Assembly: GCA_021201825.1 (NCBI GenBank)
Contig: JAJQED010000001.1
Span: 27,785 to 91,784, forward strand
Direction: 5' to 3'
Length of the DNA stretch: 64,000 bases
Source: Alistipes sp.
GTDB taxonomy: Bacteria > Bacteroidota > Bacteroidia > Bacteroidales > Rikenellaceae
Part shown: positions 38,012 through 47,181 of the stretch, piece by piece
Layout: the number at the start of each line of letters is the position of its first letter
How positions within the stretch are numbered: the stretch's first letter is position 1
The notes under the pieces: generated by a model
What the model was told of the DNA's origin: nothing
Database searches by the model: none
What the model saw: the letters and a program-made list of their open reading frames with translations, nothing else
Program-made: the position numbers and the translations under genes

Positions 38012-39574
38012 ATGGCAAAGAAAAACGGAAATGCTGCGGAAGAACCACTTGAGAAACAACTATGGAAAACGGCTGATAAACTCCGCAAAAATATAGATGC
38101 TGCTGAATACAAGCATATCGCGTTAGGACTTATATTCCTGAAATACATCTCCGATGCCTTCGAAGAATTATATACACGACTTAAAGCGGAAGAAACAAGC
38201 GGAGCCGACCCCGAAGATATCGACGAATATAAAGCCGAAAATGTTTTCTTTGTTCCGAAAGAGGCCAGGTGGGATTTCCTGAAATCCCAGGCAAAGCAAC
38301 CTACCATTGGTAAAACAGTGGATGCTGCGATGGATGCCATTGAGAAAGAAAACAATTCTCTAAAAGGCGTACTCCCTAAAGTTTTTGCGCGTCAGAACCT
38401 AGACCCCACAAGCTTAGGAGAATTGATCGACCTTATAGGGAACATTGCTTTGGGTGATGCGAAAGCACGAAGCGCCGATGTATTGGGTCATGTATTTGAA
38501 TACTTTCTGGGCGAGTTTGCCCTTGCCGAGGGAAAGAAAGGCGGACAGTTCTACACGCCCCGAAGCGTGGTTGAACTGTTGGTCGAAATGCTCGAACCCT
38601 ACAAAGGGCGGGTTTTCGACCCTTGCTGTGGATCGGGCGGTATGTTCGTACAATCGGAGAAGTTTGTCACCGGTCATCAGGGACGGGTAAACGATATTTC
38701 GATCTACGGCCAGGAGAGCAACCAGACCACATGGCGGCTGTGTAAAATGAACCTGGCTATACGGGGGATCGACAGCTCGCAGGTAAAGTGGAACAACGAA
38801 GGTTCGTTTCTTAACGATGCCCACAAAGACCTTAAAGCCGATTATATCATCGCCAATCCACCGTTCAATGTGAGCGATTGGGGCGGCGACCTGTTGCGTA
38901 AGGATGGCCGCTGGTAATACGGCACACCACCGACGGGTAACGCTAACTTCGCGTGGCTGCAACATTTTATCTATCACCTTTCACCCTCCGGACAGGCGGG
39001 CGTGGTGTTGGCCAAAGGGGCGCTGACCTCCAAGACATCCGGCGAGGGTGAGATCCGCAAAGCGTTGATCGAAGCCGGGCTGATAGACTGTATCGTCAAC
39101 CTGCCAGCCAAACTGTTCCTTAATACACAGATACCTGCTGCACTGTGGTTCCTTAGCCGCAACCGGACAAATGGCAGTTTCCGCAACCGGAGCGGGGAGA
39201 TTCTTTTCATCGATGCCCGCAATCTCGGTCACCTGATCAACCGCCGCACACGGGAACTATCCAATGGCTCGGAGAATCCGGAAGATAACGATATAGGCCG
39301 CATCGCCTCCACTTACCACAACTGGCGCAATCCAGACGGGGAGTACACAGATGTGGCGGGATTCTGCGCTTCGGTTCCTGTTGAACGTGTGAAGGAACTG
39401 GACTATGTATTGACCCCGGGTCGTTACGTAGGCTTGCCGGACGAGGAGGAAGACTTCAACTTCAAAGAACGGTTCACCGCCCTGCGCGCGGAACTGGAAG
39501 AGCAACTGAAAGAAGAAGCCCGGCTGAATGAGATTATAGCCGCTAACCTTGCTAAAATCAAAGTCAATGAGTGA
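38012..39574 (+). pseudogene. hsdM: type I R-M methyltransferase subunit HsdM with a single in-frame TAA (codon 302)
   Basis: ORFs 38012..38917 and 39002..39574 are in the same frame. The junction reads [62 protein letters not shown], with no other stop. Confidence 0.9.
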
Positions 39575-39833
39575 AATAAAAACAGTTAATAGAACTATAC
39601 ATCCCGATACCCACAAGGAAACAATTTCCTATCGGGTGAAAATTGGGAAGAAAAATTATTACAATCAATTAGTTGTCAACATTGATCACGACAACTATGG
39701 CTTTATAGGCACTTATGTATTCTCAAGAGATGAGATTGCAAATTATGAGAGCATACATTTTAAGGCATTAGATACGGATAACGGCGTTAAAATAGAATGG
39801 CTGCAGAACTTAAAATTTGAGATAATCAAATGA
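39567..39833 (+). CDS. small hypothetical protein (88 aa) between hsdM and hsdS
   Basis: The ATG at 39567 overlaps the hsdM stop (ATGAGTGA) and the stop overlaps the next start (ATGA). The composition is beta-rich and no motif was recognised. Confidence 0.45.
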   Translation: MSEIKTVNRTIHPDTHKETISYRVKIGKKNYYNQLVVNIDHDNYGFIGTYVFSRDEIANYESIHFKALDTDNGVKIEWLQNLKFEIIK

Positions 39834-40204
39834 GAGAGTGGGTAATCATCGCGCCGATTGTTTTGTCGGTAGTGGCTATTGTTGTGGCTATCGTGTCGTC
39901 GCGAAAAACTTCGATTCTTGCACGAAAACAGATAGAATCGCTAAAGGAATTATCGCGATTGAAGATTGAGTCAGCACTATTATTGGCAGAAGAAGAGTTG
40001 TCTAAAGCGCAGATTGAATATGAGGCTGTTTTGCAAGAGATGCGGACAGGAGAACAGCAGCAGGGCAATAAGATTCTTGACATTGGGGCTGCCACCCTAT
40101 GTAAAAAGAACTATGAGGACTCTTATGCACATATCCTGCAAAGCCATAGATTCCGGATAGATAAATTGCAAAAGAAGGTTGAAGAATTAAAAGCAAAATC
40201 ATGA
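39830..40204 (+). CDS. small TM plus coiled-coil protein (124 aa) between hsdM and hsdS
   Basis: N-terminal TM (WVIIAPIVLSVVAIVVAIV) followed by heptad-like charged helices. It has ATGA overlaps with both neighbours. Confidence 0.45.
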   Translation: MREWVIIAPIVLSVVAIVVAIVSSRKTSILARKQIESLKELSRLKIESALLLAEEELSKAQIEYEAVLQEMRTGEQQQGNKILDIGAATLCKKNYEDSYAHILQSHRFRIDKLQKKVEELKAKS

Positions 40205-41376
40205 GTGAGTGGAGGGAACATAGATTTTCTGATTTCGTCGATGTAAATCCACGAGTATTGCTGCCGAAAGATGAGAGCATTTCTTTTGTTGAGATGAAAG
40301 ATCTCAACGAAAGTATAAGGTATTGTGTGGCCTCACAGGAAAAAAATCTGTCCGGAGGTAGTAGGTTTGAAGAAAGGGATACTCTTTTTGCCCGAATAAC
40401 TCCTTGTCTGGAGAATGGGAAAATATGTCAGGTAAAAAGGCTTAAAAACGGGAAAGGCTTTGGCTCAACTGAATTTCATGTTTTTAGAGGACGAGATAAA
40501 ATATCTGATTCTGACTTTGTTTATTATTTATCTCGATGGGATGATGTCAGAAGCCATGCTGAAATTAATTTAGACGGAACGTCTGGAAGACAAAGAGTTC
40601 CGAAGCAAGCTTTTGATGATTTAATCCTTACTCTCCCTCCCCTTGCCGAGCAACGTGCGATAGCGGAGGTGTTGGGGAGTCTGGATGATAAGATCGACCT
40701 GCTGCACCGTCAGAACGCCACCCTCGAAAAAATGGCCGAAACCCTTTTCCGCCAATGGTTCATCGAACAAGCAAAACCGGAATGGGAGGAGAAAAGTCTT
40801 AAAGAAGTTACAGATATTGCGATTGGTAGAACTCCTCCAAGAAAAGAATTTCATTGGTTCTCAAATAATCCATTGGATGTAAAATGGATTTCAATTAAAG
40901 ACTTAGGAAATGACGGCATATTCATATCAAATACCTCTGAATATTTAACAAGAGATGCTGTTAAAGCTTTTAAAATACCTGTAATTCCCTCGAATACGGT
41001 TGTTCTTAGCTTTAAAATGACTGTGGGTAGAGTTGCTATTTCTTCAGAAACAATGACTTCAAATGAAGCTATTGCACATTTCAGATTCAACAATGAAACC
41101 CCTTTTACGAAGGAATATCTATATATTTTTCTTAAAACTTACCCTTATGATATTCTTGGTAGTACATCATCAATAGTTACAGCAATTAATTCGGCAATGA
41201 TTAAAGACATACAAATCTTAATTCCGGACAATACTACAATGGAATTATTTCGCCAAAAATCCGAACCGCTATTTATCAAGATAAAATCCAATCAACAACA
41301 AATCCGCACCCTTACCACCCTGCGAGATACGCTGCTGCCAAAGCTAATGAGTGGCGAAGTAAGAGTGGAAATATAA
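40201..41376 (+). CDS. hsdS: type I R-M specificity subunit HsdS (two TRDs)
   Basis: The central conserved helix is LPPLAEQRAIAEVLGSLDDKIDLLHRQNATLEKMAETLFRQWF. The C-terminal conserved helix is LRDTLLPKLMSGEVRV. Confidence 0.85.
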   Translation: MSEWREHRFSDFVDVNPRVLLPKDESISFVEMKDLNESIRYCVASQEKNLSGGSRFEERDTLFARITPCLENGKICQVKRLKNGKGFGSTEFHVFRGRDKISDSDFVYYLSRWDDVRSHAEINLDGTSGRQRVPKQAFDDLILTLPPLAEQRAIAEVLGSLDDKIDLLHRQNATLEKMAETLFRQWFIEQAKPEWEEKSLKEVTDIAIGRTPPRKEFHWFSNNPLDVKWISIKDLGNDGIFISNTSEYLTRDAVKAFKIPVIPSNTVVLSFKMTVGRVAISSETMTSNEAIAHFRFNNETPFTKEYLYIFLKTYPYDILGSTSSIVTAINSAMIKDIQILIPDNTTMELFRQKSEPLFIKIKSNQQQIRTLTTLRDTLLPKLMSGEVRVEI

Positions 41377-41388
41377 ACTCAACAAGGT

Positions 41389-42681
41389 ATGGAAGAAGAT
41401 GTATTATTGCTCGTTTATAAGCAAGTCCTTGAAAATATAGAGGGTGGCGAAAACCATCTTCTGATTGCCAATGGATTCAATCGCGGTCTTGGAATAAACA
41501 CAGGTTATCCGGCTATCTTTCAAAGAATGGCTGAAAACAACAGAGGTGTTTATCACGAAGCCATGCCCATGATGGAAGAGTGCTGCTTTGATCTTGAGGC
41601 GCTCATAGGGAAATTAGAGAATGACATTGCCGATCACAACCAGTTTCTTAAAAAATACGTCAGAAATAAAGTCAAATTCGACTTTATGCAAGCTACTCAT
41701 GAAATCGTAAAGTCTGAAATAAAAAATATTTACGCAGAAAAGAATGAGGGTGTTTTTCTCTTGTTGAGAAACTTCGATAGTTATTTCTCGTTGAATTATG
41801 ACTCATTTCTCTATTTATTCTTACTTAAACACAAGTCTTTAAAAAGTGGCGAGAAGAACGCAATAGCTTTTCAGCCAACCATTCAGTTTATCGAAGAGGA
41901 TATAGACGCAAGCCAAAATGATATATATACTGAAATTAAAGAAGCGAGAACTAACGGCACACTTAAAGTTACTCTTGGCGAAGATGCATCAATGGAAAAA
42001 CGACTTTGTAACGTAACAAAAAGCCATTTTGTGAAAGAAGTAACAGAGTATTCCAAAACCTATAAAAAAGGCTGGAAAACAAAAGATATTACCAGAGTTG
42101 TTGATGCTATTTTTGAAGAAGAAAAGAGAAATGCACTGATAGAGCGTGTAGATGATGGTAGCAGGCCGATTCAGCAAAGTTTGTTTAGTGGTGGGACAGA
42201 GTTCGTTTTCGACCCAAAAAGCAAAACTCAAAATATTTTTTTTCTTCACGGAGCCTTTCATATTTACAAAGACGGGGATCGCGTAAAGAAGATAACTCAA
42301 CAATCCGATAAGGCACTATATCAGAGGCTGGAGGAAGTCATTAATGACGATCAAAAAGAAATCGTTTGCGTACTTCAGCACACAAACAAAACCGACGCGA
42401 TTAATGATAACGACTACCTGATGAATTGCCTTAATAAGTTGGGGGAGCTAAAAGGAAGTTTAGTAATCATCGGCTGCTCATTATCGGATAATGATGATCA
42501 TATTTTCGAAAAAATAAATAACTCTGAGATTAAAACGATTTACCTCTCTACTTTATCTAAAGAGAAAAGCAAAAATTACAAATTAGCAAGAAAAAAGTTT
42601 CCCTCAAAAGAGATTTACCTATTTGACGCAGAATCAATTTCATACGAATTAATTGAAGAAAAGATATTATGCCCCGCATAA
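41389..42681 (+). CDS. DUF4917-like protein (AbiH/SIR2-like motif set) inserted between hsdS and hsdR
   Basis: 430 aa with LLIANGFNRGLGINTGYPAIF, SLNYDSFLY, FFLHGAFHIY and VIIGCSLSDNDDHIF. It overlaps the hsdR start by 13 nt. Confidence 0.6.
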   Translation: MEEDVLLLVYKQVLENIEGGENHLLIANGFNRGLGINTGYPAIFQRMAENNRGVYHEAMPMMEECCFDLEALIGKLENDIADHNQFLKKYVRNKVKFDFMQATHEIVKSEIKNIYAEKNEGVFLLLRNFDSYFSLNYDSFLYLFLLKHKSLKSGEKNAIAFQPTIQFIEEDIDASQNDIYTEIKEARTNGTLKVTLGEDASMEKRLCNVTKSHFVKEVTEYSKTYKKGWKTKDITRVVDAIFEEEKRNALIERVDDGSRPIQQSLFSGGTEFVFDPKSKTQNIFFLHGAFHIYKDGDRVKKITQQSDKALYQRLEEVINDDQKEIVCVLQHTNKTDAINDNDYLMNCLNKLGELKGSLVIIGCSLSDNDDHIFEKINNSEIKTIYLSTLSKEKSKNYKLARKKFPSKEIYLFDAESISYELIEEKILCPA

Positions 42682-45600
42682 CCGAAAACAGTATAGAGGA
42701 ATTCTGCATCGAACGGCTGGAGAGCATCGGATATAAATATATCTACGGTCCCGATATCGCCCCGGACAGCGAAACTCCTGAGCGCGACAATTACCAGCAG
42801 GTACTATTGCTTGATCGGCTGCGCCATGCGGTCAGGCGGATCAATACTGATATCCCTGCCGACCAACAAGAGGAAGCCATTCGGCAGATTCAACGTATAG
42901 CCTCGCCGGAGCTGATCGCAAACAACGAAACTTTCCATCGCTACCTTACTGAAGGGGTTCCTGTCAGTTATCAAAAAGATGGTGGCGAGCGCGGAGACAG
43001 AGTTTGGTTGGTGGACTTCGAGAATCCGCTAAACAACGATTTCCTTGTGGTCAACCAATTTACAGTGGTAGAGAATGGACACACGAAGCGCCCCGATGTC
43101 CTGTTATTCGTTAACGGGATCCCACTGGTGGTAATGGAACTAAAAAACGCAGCGGATGAGAACGCAACGGTTAATTCGGCGTTCCGGCAAATCGAAACCT
43201 ATAAAGCCCAAATACCCTCGCTGTTTACCTACAATGCCATATGTGTTATATCCGACGGGCTGGAAGCTCGCACAGGCTCCATTTCCGCCGGGTTCAGCCG
43301 CTTTTTGGCGTGGAAGACGGCCGACGGCAAGGCCGAAGCGTCCCATCTGGTTAGCCAGCTTGAGACAATGATCTGCGGAATGCTGAACCGTAAAACGCTG
43401 CTCGACCTTGTAGGCCATTTTATAGTGTTTGAGAAATCTAAACAGGAAGATCCGCAAACGGGAATAGTAAATATAAATACAGTCAAAAAAATAGCCGCCT
43501 ATCACCAATATTACGCTGTGAACCGAGCGGTGGAATCGACACTTCGAGCTTCGGGTTATAAAAAAACACCACTATCCAATATAGTCTGTGAAGCGCCGGC
43601 GACTTATGGAGTGCCGGGAGTTGAACAGCAACCCGTTGGCGACCGCAAAGGTGGCGTGGTATGGCATACCCAGGGCAGTGGCAAATCTTTGTCGATGGTA
43701 TTCTATACCGGCAAACTGGTACTGGCTATGGACAATCCTACGGTAGTTGTTATCACAGACCGTAACGATCTCGATGACCAGCTATTCGACACATTCGCGG
43801 CCTCAAAGCAATTGCTACGGCAGACCCCGGTGCAAGCAGAAAACCGTGACAATCTGAAAGAACTGTTGAAAGTAGGTTCAGGAGGAATTGTATTTACAAC
43901 CATACAGAAATTCAATCCCGAAGAGGGTAATGTATATGAGCAGTTGTCCGACCGTGAAAATATCGTCGTCATAGCCGACGAAGCCCACCGTTCGCAATAC
44001 GGATTCCGTGGTAAAACGGTGGACGACCGGAACGGTGACGGCGAGATAGTCGGCAAGAAAACCGTTTACGGCTTTGCCAAATATATGCGAGATGCACTCC
44101 CTAACGCGACGTATCTAGGTTTTACCGGTACTCCTATAGAAAGCACCGATGTAAACACTCCGGCAGTATTCGGCAATTATGTCGATATATACGATATAGC
44201 GCAGGCAGTGGAAGACGGTGCAACTGTAAGAATATATTACGTGAGCCGTCTTGCAAAGGTCGCATTGAGCGAAGAAGGGCGTGAGTTGGTGGAAGAGTTG
44301 GATGATAATCTGGAACAGGAAGACTTGACCGATACTCAAAAAGCCAAAACCAAGTGGACGCAACTCGAAGCCTTAATTGGAAGTGAGAACCGAATACATA
44401 ATATAGCCAAGGATATTATCTCTCATTTTGAAAAACGGCAAGAGGTATTCGAGGGTAAAGGGATGATAGTTACCATGAGTCGCCGTATTGCTGCCGAACT
44501 TTATGATGCAATAATAGCACTAAAACCCGAATGGCATTCGGATGACCTGAACAAAGGGGTAATTAAAGTTGTTATGACAACCAGTTCCTCAGACGGGCCG
44601 CTGATAGCCAAACATCACACCACGAAAGAACAGCGTGGCCGACTGGCCGACAGGATGAAATCACCGGACGATGAGTTGAAACTTGTGATAGTTCGCGATA
44701 TGTGGCTTACCGGTTTTGACGCGCCGAGTATGCACACGCTCTATATCGACAAACCGATGAAGGGCCACAACTTGATGCAGGCAATAGCCCGGGTAAATCG
44801 CGTCTATAAAGACAAGCCCGGGGGATTGGTGGTTGACTATCTGGGTATAGCATCTGACTTGAAAAAAGCACTTTCCTTCTACTCAGATTCCGGTGGCAAA
44901 GGTGATCCTGCCATAGCACAAGAGCAGGCGGTGAGCATAATGCTTGAAAAATTGGAAGTCATATCCAATATGTTGCACGGATTTACGTATGTAGATTATT
45001 TCGAAGCGGATACTGCAAAAAAACTATCTACGATTCTTGCTGCCGAAGAATACATTTTAGGATTGAATGATGGTAAGAAACGTTTCCTAAACGAAGTTAC
45101 GGCCCTTTCCCAAGCTTTTGCCATTGCCGTTCCGCATGACCAGGCGATGGATGCAAAAGACGAGGTTGCTTTCTTTCAGGCAATTAAAGCCCGCCTAGCC
45201 AAATTCGACAACTCTGGTTCGGGACGAACCAACGAAGAATTAGAAACCACTATTAGGCAAGTAATAGACAAAGCTCTGGTTACGGATCAGGTAATAGATG
45301 TATTCGATGCCGCCAGACTAAAAAAACCTGATATTTCTATTCTCTCCGAAGAGTTTATGGGGGAACTCAAAGGGATGGAACACAAGAATGTAGCGTTGGA
45401 AGTATTAAAAAAACTTCTTAACGACGAGATACGGGACCGTGCGAAAAAGAATCTGGTGCAAAGCAAATCGCTTATTGAAATGCTTGAAAACTCCATTCGT
45501 AAATATCACAACAAGATACTTACTGCTGCTGAAGTTATAGAAGAGTTAATCAACCTGAGTAAGGATATCGTGGAGATGGACAACGAGGCCAAAGTGATGG

Positions 45601-45896
45601 GCTTGACCGATTATGAATATGCTTTTTATACGGCAGTTGCTAATAACACCAGCGCAAAGGAACTGATGCAACAGGAAAAATTAAAAGAATTGGCAGTGGT
45701 ACTAACCGAAACAATCCGGAATAATGCGTCCATTGACTGGACAATAAAAGAGAGTGTCAAAGCTAAATTGAAAGTTTCGGTAAAACGTCTTCTCCGCCAA
45801 TTCGGTTATCCACCGGATATGCAAATGTTGGCAACGGAAACTGTGTTGAAGCAGGCAGAAATGATAGCGGAGGAATTGATTAAAGATAATAGATAA
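42669..45896 (+). CDS. hsdR: type I restriction enzyme R subunit
   Basis: 1075 aa. It has an N-terminal nuclease-like region (PDVLLFVNGIPLVVMELK), helicase motifs HTQGSGKS and VIADEAHRSQ, and FDAPSMHTLYIDKPMKGHNLMQAIARVNR. Confidence 0.95.
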   Translation: MPRITENSIEEFCIERLESIGYKYIYGPDIAPDSETPERDNYQQVLLLDRLRHAVRRINTDIPADQQEEAIRQIQRIASPELIANNETFHRYLTEGVPVSYQKDGGERGDRVWLVDFENPLNNDFLVVNQFTVVENGHTKRPDVLLFVNGIPLVVMELKNAADENATVNSAFRQIETYKAQIPSLFTYNAICVISDGLEARTGSISAGFSRFLAWKTADGKAEASHLVSQLETMICGMLNRKTLLDLVGHFIVFEKSKQEDPQTGIVNINTVKKIAAYHQYYAVNRAVESTLRASGYKKTPLSNIVCEAPATYGVPGVEQQPVGDRKGGVVWHTQGSGKSLSMVFYTGKLVLAMDNPTVVVITDRNDLDDQLFDTFAASKQLLRQTPVQAENRDNLKELLKVGSGGIVFTTIQKFNPEEGNVYEQLSDRENIVVIADEAHRSQYGFRGKTVDDRNGDGEIVGKKTVYGFAKYMRDALPNATYLGFTGTPIESTDVNTPAVFGNYVDIYDIAQAVEDGATVRIYYVSRLAKVALSEEGRELVEELDDNLEQEDLTDTQKAKTKWTQLEALIGSENRIHNIAKDIISHFEKRQEVFEGKGMIVTMSRRIAAELYDAIIALKPEWHSDDLNKGVIKVVMTTSSSDGPLIAKHHTTKEQRGRLADRMKSPDDELKLVIVRDMWLTGFDAPSMHTLYIDKPMKGHNLMQAIARVNRVYKDKPGGLVVDYLGIASDLKKALSFYSDSGGKGDPAIAQEQAVSIMLEKLEVISNMLHGFTYVDYFEADTAKKLSTILAAEEYILGLNDGKKRFLNEVTALSQAFAIAVPHDQAMDAKDEVAFFQAIKARLAKFDNSGSGRTNEELETTIRQVIDKALVTDQVIDVFDAARLKKPDISILSEEFMGELKGMEHKNVALEVLKKLLNDEIRDRAKKNLVQSKSLIEMLENSIRKYHNKILTAAEVIEELINLSKDIVEMDNEAKVMGLTDYEYAFYTAVANNTSAKELMQQEKLKELAVVLTETIRNNASIDWTIKESVKAKLKVSVKRLLRQFGYPPDMQMLATETVLKQAEMIAEELIKDNR

Positions 45897-45910
45897 ATTT
45901 TGAGTTGATA

Positions 45911-46999
45911 ATGAACATAGTTTTCTTAGTCGGAAATGGCTTTGACCTGAATCTGGGAATGAAAACCCGATATGGTGATTTTTATGATTATTATTTAGCA
46001 AAGTCACCTACTGAGAGTACCACCAATATTCATCAATTACAGAGCAATCTTAAAGAAGATAGGGAGAATTGGTCAGATTTAGAAGAGGCGCTTGGGCAAT
46101 ACATTGGAAGAATTGAGGCTGAAGAAGCAGTGCAGATTCATACCCATCTAGTGAAAGAGTTGGCCCAGTATCTTTTAAAAGAAGAAGATAAGTACATAAT
46201 TGACAATAGCCATCAAGGCATATTTTATGAACACTTAGTCAATCCCGAGAATCTCTTGTTGCCACTTGAGACGCGGGATATAAAAAACTTTAAAGACAAC
46301 TGGAGTAATCATAATTGGGATATAAAAATTATTACTTTCAATTACACTAAATCACTGGAAAAGTTATTAGCATATGAAAACAAAGCTCTAAAAATTGGAA
46401 CCCACGGAAATAATCCAAGCCGAGCAATAAATGTATCTGAAATTGAGCATATTCATGGTTTTCCAAACAATAGAATGGTATTAGGTGTCAATGATTTTAC
46501 ACAAATAGGCAATGAAAAACATCAGGAGGTAAGAATAATCAGGAATAAATATATTAAACCTCATTGTAATAGTACTTACCGACTTGGGCATGAAACTAAG
46601 TGTGTTCAGTGGATTGGGCAAGCTGACTTATTTTGTGTATTCGGGTTATCTTTTGGTAACACAGATAAGTATTGGTGGGAGGCAGTTGGGAAGAGAATTG
46701 CGAATGAAAATGTTAAAATGATTATATTCTGGAATGACCCAAATTCTTTATTTTCGGGTAACGAGGGCCCAGAGAGAGTAGAAAGAGAAGATGAAATCAA
46801 AGATTATTTTTTATGCAAAACAGGATTAGATGAAATAAAAAAGGAGAAAATAAAAGAACGAATTTATGTTGGTTATAATACCGAATTCCTTAAAGTAAAA
46901 TTACTACTTAAAGAAAGTATTTCTTCTAAATCAAAAGATAAATCTAATATTCCGCTTCACGGTATAGGGCACATTAACCTGCCGACTAAAACAAGTTAA
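45911..46999 (+). CDS. AbiH-like protein immediately downstream of hsdR
   Basis: ATG at 45911. Motifs are VGNGFDLNLGMKTRYGDF, TFNYTKSLEKLL, HIHGFPNNRMVLGVND and VFGLSFGNTDKYWW. Confidence 0.6.
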   Translation: MNIVFLVGNGFDLNLGMKTRYGDFYDYYLAKSPTESTTNIHQLQSNLKEDRENWSDLEEALGQYIGRIEAEEAVQIHTHLVKELAQYLLKEEDKYIIDNSHQGIFYEHLVNPENLLLPLETRDIKNFKDNWSNHNWDIKIITFNYTKSLEKLLAYENKALKIGTHGNNPSRAINVSEIEHIHGFPNNRMVLGVNDFTQIGNEKHQEVRIIRNKYIKPHCNSTYRLGHETKCVQWIGQADLFCVFGLSFGNTDKYWWEAVGKRIANENVKMIIFWNDPNSLFSGNEGPERVEREDEIKDYFLCKTGLDEIKKEKIKERIYVGYNTEFLKVKLLLKESISSKSKDKSNIPLHGIGHINLPTKTS

Positions 47000-47028
47000 G
47001 ACGAAATAAAAACGACTAAAATCAACAC

Positions 47029-47052
47029 TTGCGGTCGTGGTGCGGTCGTGGC
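47029..47052 (+). repeat. tandem 11-mer (cttgcggtcgtggtgcggtcgtgg), candidate integrase arm site (right)
   Basis: Matches the motif at 28427-28448 with C/T differences, in the same orientation, about 7 nt from attR. Confidence 0.4.
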
Positions 47053-47058
47053 AGAAAT

Positions 47059-47114
47059 CAAAAATGGCTTTCAGAAATCTGTAAGCCATTTTTACTGTGC
47101 CCAGGACGAGACTC
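47059..47114. repeat. attR: direct repeat overlapping the tRNA-Leu 3' end
   Basis: See attL. The 34-nt identical core is 47081-47114, of which 47098-47114 is the tRNA 3' end. Confidence 0.8.
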
Positions 47115-47181
47115 GAACTCACACGGCCTAACGGCCACTACCCCCTCAAAGTAGCGTGTCTACCAATTCCACCACCTGGGC
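47098..47181 (-). tRNA. tRNA-Leu (anticodon GAG), type II with a long variable arm
   Basis: Manual fold of the minus strand: acceptor GCCCAGG/CCTGGGC plus discriminator A; D arm GTG..CAC; anticodon stem CTACT/GGTAG with loop TT-GAG-GG; variable stem GGCC-GTTA-GGCC; T loop TTCGAGT. Confidence 0.85.

Larger units (their letters stand above)
28271..47114. mobile_element. integrative mobilizable element (~18.9 kb) in tRNA-Leu(GAG), carrying a defence island
   Basis: The element is bounded by direct repeats that duplicate the tRNA 3' end. It encodes an integrase, an Xis-like HTH, a Toprim primase, mobC and a relaxase, and has candidate oriT hairpins. It is clearly AT-richer than both flanks by eye. 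Confidence 0.8.
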
